Shown: positions 39,795-48,622 of the stretch, piece after piece
Position numbering within the stretch: the stretch's first letter is position 1
Layout: each line of letters begins with the position of its first letter
Assembly: GCA_001778235.1 (NCBI GenBank)
Contig: MFGJ01000008.1
Coordinates: 61,313 to 125,312 of the forward strand
Origin: Candidatus Falkowbacteria bacterium RIFOXYC2_FULL_36_12
GTDB taxonomy: Bacteria > Patescibacteriota > Patescibacteriia > UBA11705
DNA length: 64,000 nt
Direction of reading: 5' to 3'
Notes under the pieces: generated by a model
Told to the model about the DNA's origin: nothing
Database searches by the model: none
What the model saw: the letters and a program-made list of their open reading frames with translations, nothing else
Made by a program: the position numbers and the translations under genes

Positions 39795-41591
39795 TCACTT
39801 CTTCTTCTCAATCTTCTGCTTAACTTCATCAATTAATTGTTCCAATTTCAAGCTTCTCTGTTCATCTTCTCCCTTTAATCTTACTTGAAATTCCCCACTC
39901 TCAATTTCCTTATCACCAATTACCAACATATATGGCACTTTTTCTTGTTCAGCTCTACGAATTTTATTTCCCACAGTTTCATTGCTCATATCCATCTCCA
40001 CACGAAAATTTTCTTTTTTAAATTGATCAGCCAGATCCATAACATATTGATGATGCTTTTCTCCAACTGAAATCAATTTTATCTGACATGGTGAGAGCCA
40101 AACTGGAAATAGACCAGTATAGTGTTCAATCAATAAACCAATAAATCTCTCAAACGAACCAAACAATGCCCGATGAAGCATGTACGGTCTTTCATTTTCA
40201 CCATCAGCATTTACAAAAGTCATATCAAATCTTTCTGGTAAATTAAAATCAAACTGCAAAGTTGAACATTGCCATTCTCTGCCAAGAGCATCTCTTACCT
40301 TGTAGTCAAGTTTTGGTCCATAAAAAGCTGCTTCACCATACTCTTTTTCATATTCAATACCAAGATCTTTTGCCACTTTTTCCAATAAATTCTCTGTAAA
40401 TTCCCAACCTTCATCATTACCTGCATACTTATCTTTATTCTTTGGATCGCGCAAAGACAAATAAATCTTGTATTTAGCAAAACCAAATGAATCAAAAATA
40501 AACTTGATAAAATTCGCCACCCGTTTCAATTCTTCTTCAACTTGTTCTTTACTACAAATAATATGCGCGTCATCTTGAGTAAAACCTCGAACTCGAGTCA
40601 ATCCAGACAATTCTCCTGACTTTTCATAACGATAAACCGTACCACATTCAGCCCATCGAAGTGGCAAATCTCGATAAGACCATTGTTCAGACTTGAAAAT
40701 CTGTACATGAAAAGGACAATTCATTGGTTTGAGTAAATATTCTTCCTTTAGACCTTCAACTTGAATTCCTTCTTGTGCTTCTTTTAATGATTTACTCACT
40801 TCTAAAACCGGATACATTGAATCATTATAAAAATTCCAATGGCCAGAAGTCTCCCAGAGCTCTCTTGACCCAATATGCGGACTTCTTACGAGCTGATAAC
40901 CATTCTCGAGATGTGCTTTGTACCAAAAATCTTCAATAATTCGCCAGAGCATTGCACCCTTTGGTTTCCAACAAACCAAACCTTGACCGACTTTTCGATC
41001 AATCAAAAACAAATTTTTTCCAATCACCCTATGATCTCTTTTTTCAGCTTCTTTCAACATTTCCACATAATTATTCAATTCTTCTTCAGTGGCAAAAGCC
41101 AACCCATAGATTCTCTGCAACATTTTATTTTTTTCATCTCCCCGCCAATAAGCACCTGCCAATTTCTGAAGTTTAAATGCTCCAATTTGATTAGTTGAGT
41201 CAACATGAGGACCTCGGCACATATCCTCAAACACAACATTCCCATTACCATCAATATTTTTATAAAAGCTGATTTCACTTTCTCCCTGTTTTTCCAATTC
41301 TTCAATTAACTCCAATTTATACGGATTGTTTTTCAATTTTTCTTTTGCTTCTTCAATAGTCAGTTTACAATTTTCAAATTTCTGATTATTGGCAACAATC
41401 TTTTTCATTTCTTTTTCAATTTTTTTCAAATCTTCTGGAATAAAAGATTTATCACCCAAATCAAAATCATAATAAAATCCATTATCAATATCTGGCCCAA
41501 TTGCCAATTTTGTTTCTGGATAAACTTTTAATACTGCTTGCGCCATAATATGAGCAAGCGAATGTCTCATTTTTTCTAAATTTTCATTCAT
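39795..41591 (-). CDS. thrS: Threonyl-tRNA synthetase
   Basis: MRHSLAHIMAQAV (second additional domain), a class II core with motifs 2 and 3 (HRALFGSFERFIG) and a C-terminal anticodon-binding domain; 598 aa. Confidence 0.92.
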   Translation of the reverse strand: MNENLEKMRHSLAHIMAQAVLKVYPETKLAIGPDIDNGFYYDFDLGDKSFIPEDLKKIEKEMKKIVANNQKFENCKLTIEEAKEKLKNNPYKLELIEELEKQGESEISFYKNIDGNGNVVFEDMCRGPHVDSTNQIGAFKLQKLAGAYWRGDEKNKMLQRIYGLAFATEEELNNYVEMLKEAEKRDHRVIGKNLFLIDRKVGQGLVCWKPKGAMLWRIIEDFWYKAHLENGYQLVRSPHIGSRELWETSGHWNFYNDSMYPVLEVSKSLKEAQEGIQVEGLKEEYLLKPMNCPFHVQIFKSEQWSYRDLPLRWAECGTVYRYEKSGELSGLTRVRGFTQDDAHIICSKEQVEEELKRVANFIKFIFDSFGFAKYKIYLSLRDPKNKDKYAGNDEGWEFTENLLEKVAKDLGIEYEKEYGEAAFYGPKLDYKVRDALGREWQCSTLQFDFNLPERFDMTFVNADGENERPYMLHRALFGSFERFIGLLIEHYTGLFPVWLSPCQIKLISVGEKHHQYVMDLADQFKKENFRVEMDMSNETVGNKIRRAEQEKVPYMLVIGDKEIESGEFQVRLKGEDEQRSLKLEQLIDEVKQKIEKKK

Positions 41592-42216
41592 ATAATTTAT
41601 ATTATAAATATTTTTTATCTAAGTTATATTATTCAATTTCTCTCATGATAAAACCACGAACATGACCAAAATCGGAGCTTGCCTGCCGTAATCTTGATGA
41701 AGGCAAGTCTGGGGCGGTAATGCGCGCTACCAACATGGTAATTTGTCACCCTGAACTTGTTTCAGGGTATGATTCTACGCCCCTCACTTCTCACCCCTGA
41801 ACTAAATTCAGGGCAGGCTCTGAATCCTGTCTGCCGAAAGGCAGGTTGGTTCAGGATCTCCCAATTTGTCACCCTGAACTTGATTCAGGGTATGATTCTT
41901 CAAAATTCAAATTAATTTTTCCATTCCTTCCTCTAATGTCAATTCAGGAGACTCTGAAACAAGTTCAGAGTGACGGGACCACACACCACTCGTCATCCTG
42001 AACCCTACACTCGTCATCCTGAACCCTACACTCGTCATCCTGAACTTGTTTCAGGATCTCCGGGTACTGTTTTCAGGATCTCCCACTTGTCACCCTGAAT
42101 TTACTTGTCCATCGACTTGTCCGTCGAAGCTCCCAAAAGAGCGTAGTCGGAAGTTTTAACGAAGATGGATTTCAGGGTATAATTCTTCAAAATTCAAATC
42201 AAAACTTATACCCAAA
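41592..42216. repeat. Dense mosaic of short repeat modules, including a 21-bp tandem repeat
   Basis: Contains cacgaacatga...ggagcttgcctgccgtaatcttgatgaaggcaagtctggggcggtaatgcgcgctaccaacat (module B); gtcaccctgaacttgtttcagggtatgattc twice (module A); tgaatcctgtctgccgaaaggcaggttggttcaggat (module C); a tandem actcgtcatcctgaaccctac x about 2.7 at 41986-42050; and gaagttttaacgaagatggatttcaggg (the reverse complement of the module at 22514 and 55073). Confidence 0.75.
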
Positions 42217-42654
42217 CTACTTTTCCAAAATAAAGGTCGTCGGACCATCATTTATCAATTCAATTTGCATATATGACTGAAATTTGCCAGTAGCCACATG
42301 TAATCCTGTTTGCTCAAATTTTTTCACAAATTTTTCATACATTTCATTTGCTTTTTGTGCTTCTTCAGCCTGAAAAAAATCAGGTCGTCTTCCCTTGCTA
42401 CAATTCCCACTCAAAGTAAATTGAGAAACTATCATCACTTCTCCATTTATATCAATTAAACTTTTATCAAATTCACTTCCTTCTCCAGCAAATATCCGTA
42501 AATTTTTTATTTTATCAACCAAATAATCAATTTTATCATCTGTATCACCTTTATCAATTCCAAGTAAAATTAAAACTCCTTTGTTAATCTTACCAACAAT
42601 TTTTTCCTCAACCTTAACCACCGCTTCATTCACTCTTTGTAATACAACTTTCAT
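42217..42654 (-). CDS. dtd: D-aminoacyl-tRNA deacylase
   Basis: MKVVLQRV...SQFTL...NDGPTTF conserved Dtd motifs; 145 aa. Confidence 0.85.
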   Translation of the reverse strand: MKVVLQRVNEAVVKVEEKIVGKINKGVLILLGIDKGDTDDKIDYLVDKIKNLRIFAGEGSEFDKSLIDINGEVMIVSQFTLSGNCSKGRRPDFFQAEEAQKANEMYEKFVKKFEQTGLHVATGKFQSYMQIELINDGPTTFILEK

Positions 42655-43627
42655 AAATTTAATAAAAAAAGACTAAGAATACTTAGTCTTGGGGCCCTTC
42701 TAATCAGCTATCAGGATTACCTGACATCCGAAATTTCAACGAAGGGTGTTTCCACCCAAGTTTCTTGAATTACTCAAATCAATAATCCAAAACACTCAAT
42801 TTCTTCACTTGTTACGCAGTTTAGTTGATCTCTCAATCAATTTTCAAACCACAATAGTCTGAAAAAACAGCTTGGTAGTCTATTCAATCACTGCAATTTT
42901 AGTATAATATTTAATTTTAATCTTGTCAAATTTAACAACATACTTAAAGCATCGAACATGAACATCACGAGAGCCTGTGGGGATTCTGCACATAATCAAT
43001 CCCGTAATCTCAAAAGAACTTGCTTTAGCAAAATCAATCACTAACTTTAAACCCCACGAACCTGACGAACCTCGGGGCTTGCCTGCCGTAATCTTGATGA
43101 AGGCAGGTCTGGGGCGGCAATGCGCGCCACCAACATACTCACTTGTCACCCTGAACTTGTTTCAGGGTATAAACAATTCCTCTCGTGATAAAACCACGAA
43201 CACGGCAAGCCTCGGGGCTTGCCTGCCGTAATCTTGATGAAGGCAGGTCTGGGGGAATTCTGCATATAATCAAAACTTGCGTTAGCAAAACAATCACCTA
43301 ATTTATACCCCACGAATATGAAAAGCATCGGGGTCTGGGGTTTTCGTTGCTGTCATGAGCGCACAAAAGGGTGTTTAAAGGCATTCAATTAGAAAACCCC
43401 AGCGCTTTTGTTTCTTTTGCCTGCCTGCCGGTAGGCAGGGCGTCAAAAGAAATCGCAAAGCGAAATCAATCACTTAATCTCAAAAAAACCTGCTTTAGCA
43501 AAACAACAATTTACATTTAGATTTCATTAGTGGTCACTACATTCATTTGCTTCGCCTTTAAACGCAAACACCAGCTACTCTCTGGTAATTTTTAAAACAA
43601 AAAAGAGCTTTTCAGCTCTTTTTTGTT
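42655..43627. repeat. Large (about 970 bp) gene-free mosaic repeat region
   Basis: Two copies of module B (43071-43110 and 43211-43250, each about 40 bp, flanked by cacgaa..ctcgggg and followed once by gcggcaatgcgcgccaccaacat), module A (43145-43168), aagcatcgaacatgaacatcacgagagcctgtggggattctgcacataatcaat (compare 11400), cttgctttagcaaaa..atcac three times, and gcctgcctgccggtaggcaggg. ORFs here are repeat-derived. Confidence 0.75.
43594..43626 (-). terminator. Bidirectional intrinsic terminator after the 43628..44761 gene
   Basis: The hairpin aaaagagct-tttc-agctctttt flanked by an A-run and a T-run. Confidence 0.6.
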
Positions 43628-44761
43628 TTAATCTATTAATACTTCAATTGTAATATTGTCTATAATTGACGGCACACTTCTCACCCAAAACGGACTTAAT
43701 TTCACTTGAACATTTTCAATCTCATCAAAACTAGATAAATAAAGTTCAACACCCTTATCACTCAAACCAACGATTTTATCTTTATTTAATATCTCACTAT
43801 CTTCCCGTAAAACAGTCTCCGCTTCAGCGTGAATTTTTATACTAGCTGTTTTTTCCTCTGCATTATAATTTTGTACAACATATGTCAGATTCTCAATTTT
43901 CATTCTACCAAGTTCACTCTCTGGTGAAAGTTGTGTTCGAAGTCTTGTCGCTGCAATCGTTAATATCTCATCTTGAGCAATTCCAATCAGAGTTGCACTC
44001 ATTTTTTGTTTTACTTTGAAAGTATCAACAACATCATCTGCCCCAGCGCTGATTGTCTCCTCAATTATCTTTTTTGAAACCAAGACCGCAATATGATCTT
44101 TGCCCACTTCGTTTTTGAACTTCTCCACTGCATCTTCATAAAGCTTATTGGTCAGATCTTCTTTCGCTCTAGCAATATCAGATGCTTTTACAATTTTTAT
44201 TGAGGATCCACCACTTTTTAGAGTTGAATTACTTTCAGCATAAACTTCGACTTGCAATGATTCTGATAACCCTGGAATTGTAAATTTTGTCGGAGCCAAT
44301 GATTCAAAGTCCGCAGGATTATCTGCATAGACTTCAGCCGAGATCGAACCTCCGGCTGGTACATCTACTCTATTTTTCAATCGAAGCAACACCCCATCAA
44401 CAGAAAGCAATCTGGTTGTTGCCACCAATGGTTGACTTCTTGTTAATTTATTATAAATCATTACTTGTCCCAAAATATCTCCATCAACACTTTTTGAACC
44501 AGTAGCCTCAAATTCCATTTCCTTTTCAACTTCTGTTTCAAAAACAAACCCATTCAAACTCTCCCCTGTCACCTTATCACTTTGTGTTTCTATTCCAGCA
44601 ATAAAATCCGTTGTAGCCAACCCTTTTTTCGGAGTAATCTGAATCAAAGCCTTGCTGAATGTAAAATAAAAAATGACAAAAATAAGTGCGATTGAAAGAA
44701 TCACAAAAATCGCAATAAATTTAACATAATTTTTAGACACGCCAACTTTTTCACCACGCAT
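43628..44761 (-). CDS. Hypothetical membrane-anchored protein (377 aa)
   Basis: An N-terminal transmembrane helix followed by a large extracytoplasmic domain; no motif recognised. Confidence 0.5.
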   Translation of the reverse strand: MRGEKVGVSKNYVKFIAIFVILSIALIFVIFYFTFSKALIQITPKKGLATTDFIAGIETQSDKVTGESLNGFVFETEVEKEMEFEATGSKSVDGDILGQVMIYNKLTRSQPLVATTRLLSVDGVLLRLKNRVDVPAGGSISAEVYADNPADFESLAPTKFTIPGLSESLQVEVYAESNSTLKSGGSSIKIVKASDIARAKEDLTNKLYEDAVEKFKNEVGKDHIAVLVSKKIIEETISAGADDVVDTFKVKQKMSATLIGIAQDEILTIAATRLRTQLSPESELGRMKIENLTYVVQNYNAEEKTASIKIHAEAETVLREDSEILNKDKIVGLSDKGVELYLSSFDEIENVQVKLSPFWVRSVPSIIDNITIEVLID

Positions 44762-44854
44762 AAAATACTAAGTTATGAATCTAACCAGTCCTCCTAGCCA
44801 TATTATACAAAATTTACAACAAATCAGCAATAAATTGCTCCTATCTGACACAAA

Positions 44855-47800
44855 TTACTGTTTAATTTTAACTGAATTTTTACCCAAAAGGTCACATATC
44901 GCTTGATCAAAACCAGGACAATATTTGACTTGAAAATTTGTTTTTATTGTCTTATCACCAACCTTGAAATATAGCCCATTTGTCCCTGGAAATCGCCTGA
45001 AAACCACTTTTACTCTTTCTGCTAATTCATGACTTCCACCTTTAGGGTAATCTATTAAAATATTTTTCTTTTCAAGTCTTCTTGGTTGAAAACCTTTTAT
45101 TTGATTTAATAATCCTTGCAAATTATCTTTTGTCACTTCCCAAACCATATTTGCCAATATTTTATCATCATCATCTTTATCACTCAAATTACCATTAACC
45201 ACAATAATTTTTTCTTCTACCAACATACTACCAATTTCTTGATATAATTTTGGGAAAATCAAAACTTCCAATCCAAACAAACTATTTTCAATCCGTACAA
45301 ACAACATTGGATCACCTTTTGCCGTAATTATTTTATGCACATTTGTTATTACTCCAGCAGTTAAAATTTGTTTTTCTCCATTTTTATTTCTTAGTTCAAC
45401 AATCTTATGAAGAGGAACTATAATATCTGAAAAATATGGCTCAAATTCTGTAAAAGGATGCTCCGTAACATATAATCCGAGAAATTCTTTCTCCCATGAT
45501 AAACGCTGTTCCTTGGTTGCTGGCTCTATTTCAAGCAATTGCAATTTTGGCAACCCACTTTGTCCCTTTGTTGCAAATAAATTGGTCTGGACAGTTGTTC
45601 TTTCTCTCTCAACTTCTTTGATAAACAATAATATCCTATCAATATTTTCCAAGATTCTATTTCTCTCCTCAAAATTATCCAGAGCTCCACTTTTAGCTAA
45701 ACCTTCAAGTGATTTTTTATTAAAATCTTTTGATTGAATTCGTAGCAGTAAATCTTCAAAATCAGCGAAAACACCCTTTTCTCTTCTATTTTTTATAATA
45801 ACTTTTGCAATATTTTCTCCAAAATTTCTAATTGCCTGTAAACCAAAACGGATTGTCGGATTATTAGTCTTCAGTGAATCAGCTACCACAGTAAAAGTAC
45901 GAAAACTCTCATTGATGTCAGGCGGTAAAACCTCAATGCCCATTTGTTTACATTCATCAATCTCAATCGCCACTCTATCCATATTCTCCTGATCGCTGGT
46001 CAGAAGTGAAGCCATAAATTCAGCTGGATAATTTGCCTTGAGATAAGCAGTTTGATACGAAATCAAAGCATAGCAAGCAGCATGAGACTTATTAAATCCA
46101 TATTCTGCAAACTTCTCCATACTGGCAAAAGTGTCTTCAGCTAATCTCTTTGGCAATTTATTTTTTTCACAACCAGCAACAAACTCTACTTTCATTTTAG
46201 CCATCAAATCGGCGATTTTTTTTCCCATAGCCTTACGCAAAGTATCAGCTTGACCGCCAGTAAACCCAGCCATATCTTTTGACAACTGCATCACTTGCTC
46301 TTGATAAACAATTACTCCATAAGTATTTTTCAGAGACTCCTCCATTATTTTGTGAGCAAAGACTATTTCTTTTCGACCATGTTTACGATCAATAAATTCA
46401 TCAACCATGCCCGAATTCAATGGACCTGGACGATACAAAGCGACCATCGCCACCAAATCTTCAAATTGAGTTGGTTTTAATTTTCTTAAATACTTTTTCA
46501 TTCCACTTGATTCAAATTGAAAAACTCCGGTTGTCTTACCTTCTTGAAACAACTTATAAGTTTTTTCATTATCAAGCTCAATATTATCCAAATCAATTTT
46601 TTTACCGTGAATTTTATAAATAACTTCAAGTGCATGTTCAATAATCGTCAGATTTTTCAACCCGAGAAAATCCATTTTCAATAAACCAAGATCTTCAACC
46701 GGATGCAATGAATATTGAGAAACAACATCATTTTCTCCAGTTGCAGAATATTGAATTGGAGTATATTCAGTCAAAACTTTCGGAGTAATCAACACTCCGC
46801 AAGCATGAGTTGAACTATGTCTTGCCACTCCTTCAAGTTTTCTGGAAAAATTCAACAATCTTTTAGCATCAGAATTGGATTCATACAACTCTTTCAATTC
46901 AACAGTTTGATTTATTGCCGTATCAATTGTCATACCCATAGGAATCAATTTTGCCACTTTATCACAAAATGAATACGGTACATCTAACACCCGACCAACA
47001 TCTCGTACTGCCGCTCGCGCCGCCATTGTCCCAAAAGTTATAATTTGGGAAACATGATCTTTACCATATTTTTCTTCAACATATCGAATAACATCCACTC
47101 TCCTCACATCACCAAAATCAGTATCAATATCAGGCATAGATACTCGATCAGGATTTAAAAATCTTTCAAACAATAAATCATATTTCAATGGTTCTAAATT
47201 TGTTATCTGTGTCAAATAAGCCACCAGACTTCCAGCTGCTGAACCACGCCCCGGACCAACAAGTATATTATTATTCTTTGCCCAAGTAATAAAATCCTGG
47301 GTGATTAAAAAATAAGCAGCATAACCAGTTTTTTCAATCACCGACAATTCATAATTCATCCTGTCAACAATCTTTTTTTCCTCATCTGATTCAGGCTTAT
47401 CAGCCTCAAAGCCATATCTTTTTTGCATCCCCTTTTTACACTCTGTAACCAAGGCATCAAATGGCGACCTACCTTCAGGCAAATCAAAAACCGGTAACTG
47501 AATTTCTCCCAACTTGATTTCAACATTACACATTTCAGCAACTTTTATTGTATTTTCAACAACCTCTGGATTTGCTCGAAAATTATCAACCATCTGCTGC
47601 GATGTATACATTGAAAAATCTTCCCCCAAATAACTCATTCTATTTTCATCGGTAATTTTTTTCTTCGTCTGCAAACAAATCAAAATATCATGAGCTTCAG
47701 CATCTTCAGTATTTAAATAATGCACATCATTTGTCGCCACAATCGGAATATCCAATTTTTTCCCAATTTTGAATATCGCATCATTTACAATCTTTTGTTT

Positions 47801-48340
47801 TGCTAAGTTTGGATGATGCTGAACTTCCAAATAATAATTTCCTTTGCCAAACAACTCTAAATATTTTTCTGCAACTTTTTCTGCTTCTTCGATTGTTCGA
47901 TTCAAAATCGCATTGGCGATTTCTCCTGCTTGACAAGCAGACAAACATATCAATCCTTCTTTATATTTATTTAAAAGTTCCCAATCAATTCTTGGTTTAT
48001 AATAAAATCCTTCAATATGAGCAATTGAAGTCAACTTGATTAAATTCTTATACCCTTGATTATTCTTTGCTAACAAAATTACATGAAATCTTTTTTCTTT
48101 TGATGAATCTTTTACTTTCAAACCATGTTCGGCAATATAGGCTTCCACTCCAATTATTGGTTTTATACCTGCCTTATTACACTTTTGATAAAATTCAATC
48201 ACGCCATACATCACGCCATGATCAGTCAATGCCAAAGCAGGCATACTGTCTTCAGTTGCCTTCTGTACCAAATCATCAATTTTTGCCAAACCATCAAGCA
48301 AACTATAATGACTGTGAACATGTAGGTGTACAAATTTCAT
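44855..48340 (-). CDS. dnaE: DNA polymerase III alpha subunit
   Basis: An N-terminal PHP domain (MKFVHLHVHSHYSLLDG), polymerase core motifs and an OB-fold; 1161 aa. Confidence 0.92.
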   Translation of the reverse strand: MKFVHLHVHSHYSLLDGLAKIDDLVQKATEDSMPALALTDHGVMYGVIEFYQKCNKAGIKPIIGVEAYIAEHGLKVKDSSKEKRFHVILLAKNNQGYKNLIKLTSIAHIEGFYYKPRIDWELLNKYKEGLICLSACQAGEIANAILNRTIEEAEKVAEKYLELFGKGNYYLEVQHHPNLAKQKIVNDAIFKIGKKLDIPIVATNDVHYLNTEDAEAHDILICLQTKKKITDENRMSYLGEDFSMYTSQQMVDNFRANPEVVENTIKVAEMCNVEIKLGEIQLPVFDLPEGRSPFDALVTECKKGMQKRYGFEADKPESDEEKKIVDRMNYELSVIEKTGYAAYFLITQDFITWAKNNNILVGPGRGSAAGSLVAYLTQITNLEPLKYDLLFERFLNPDRVSMPDIDTDFGDVRRVDVIRYVEEKYGKDHVSQIITFGTMAARAAVRDVGRVLDVPYSFCDKVAKLIPMGMTIDTAINQTVELKELYESNSDAKRLLNFSRKLEGVARHSSTHACGVLITPKVLTEYTPIQYSATGENDVVSQYSLHPVEDLGLLKMDFLGLKNLTIIEHALEVIYKIHGKKIDLDNIELDNEKTYKLFQEGKTTGVFQFESSGMKKYLRKLKPTQFEDLVAMVALYRPGPLNSGMVDEFIDRKHGRKEIVFAHKIMEESLKNTYGVIVYQEQVMQLSKDMAGFTGGQADTLRKAMGKKIADLMAKMKVEFVAGCEKNKLPKRLAEDTFASMEKFAEYGFNKSHAACYALISYQTAYLKANYPAEFMASLLTSDQENMDRVAIEIDECKQMGIEVLPPDINESFRTFTVVADSLKTNNPTIRFGLQAIRNFGENIAKVIIKNRREKGVFADFEDLLLRIQSKDFNKKSLEGLAKSGALDNFEERNRILENIDRILLFIKEVERERTTVQTNLFATKGQSGLPKLQLLEIEPATKEQRLSWEKEFLGLYVTEHPFTEFEPYFSDIIVPLHKIVELRNKNGEKQILTAGVITNVHKIITAKGDPMLFVRIENSLFGLEVLIFPKLYQEIGSMLVEEKIIVVNGNLSDKDDDDKILANMVWEVTKDNLQGLLNQIKGFQPRRLEKKNILIDYPKGGSHELAERVKVVFRRFPGTNGLYFKVGDKTIKTNFQVKYCPGFDQAICDLLGKNSVKIKQ

Positions 48341-48548
48341 ATTTGCAAATAAATTACCTTCTTCAACCTACCTCGCCTAATCCGGCTCCGTTCGGTCTAA
48401 TCTCACGGTCGAAGGCTAGACAGAATCTTTATCTTTCTCGCTTCCAATTTTAACACATTTTACCCAGACACTCTAATAACCCAACTATCCCCAACCATTT
48501 TATCTAATTTTAGTCAAAAAAAACACCCCCCTTAAAAAATTAATTTGA

Positions 48549-48577
48549 TTGACAAATTTTATTTTTTATGCTAATTT
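48549..48577 (+). promoter_or_regulatory. Candidate sigma70-type promoter of the ubiquitin-like operon
   Basis: TTGACA at 48549-48554, a 17-nt AT-rich spacer, then TAATTT at 48572-48577. The RBS aaaggagcc precedes the ATG at 48623. Confidence 0.35.
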
Positions 48578-48622
48578 TAGATGAAATGTTCCTTACAACT
48601 AAACCCACAGAAAGGAGCCAAA

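Noticed and set aside
42700-42790. Possible SRP RNA, RNase P RNA or tmRNA in the intergenic region upstream of dtd
   Set aside because: I looked for conserved cores (the SRP domain IV GGAA/AGCAG motif, the RNase P GGAAAGUCCGG motif and a tmRNA tag reading frame) and found no convincing match by eye.
42880-43328. ORFs 42880..43149 (-), 42977..43231 (+) and 43146..43328 (-) from the six-frame track
   Set aside because: They lie entirely within the mosaic repeat modules. Their peptide (…PAVILMKAGLGRQCAPP…) is the translation of repeat module B and recurs at 54936..55157, so the similarity is at the DNA-repeat level. There is no RBS and no coding periodicity.
41592-43627. A CRISPR array as the explanation for the repeat clusters
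   Set aside because: The repeats are heterogeneous modules of different lengths with irregular spacing, in both orientations, and without uniform repeat-spacer periodicity. No cas genes are present.
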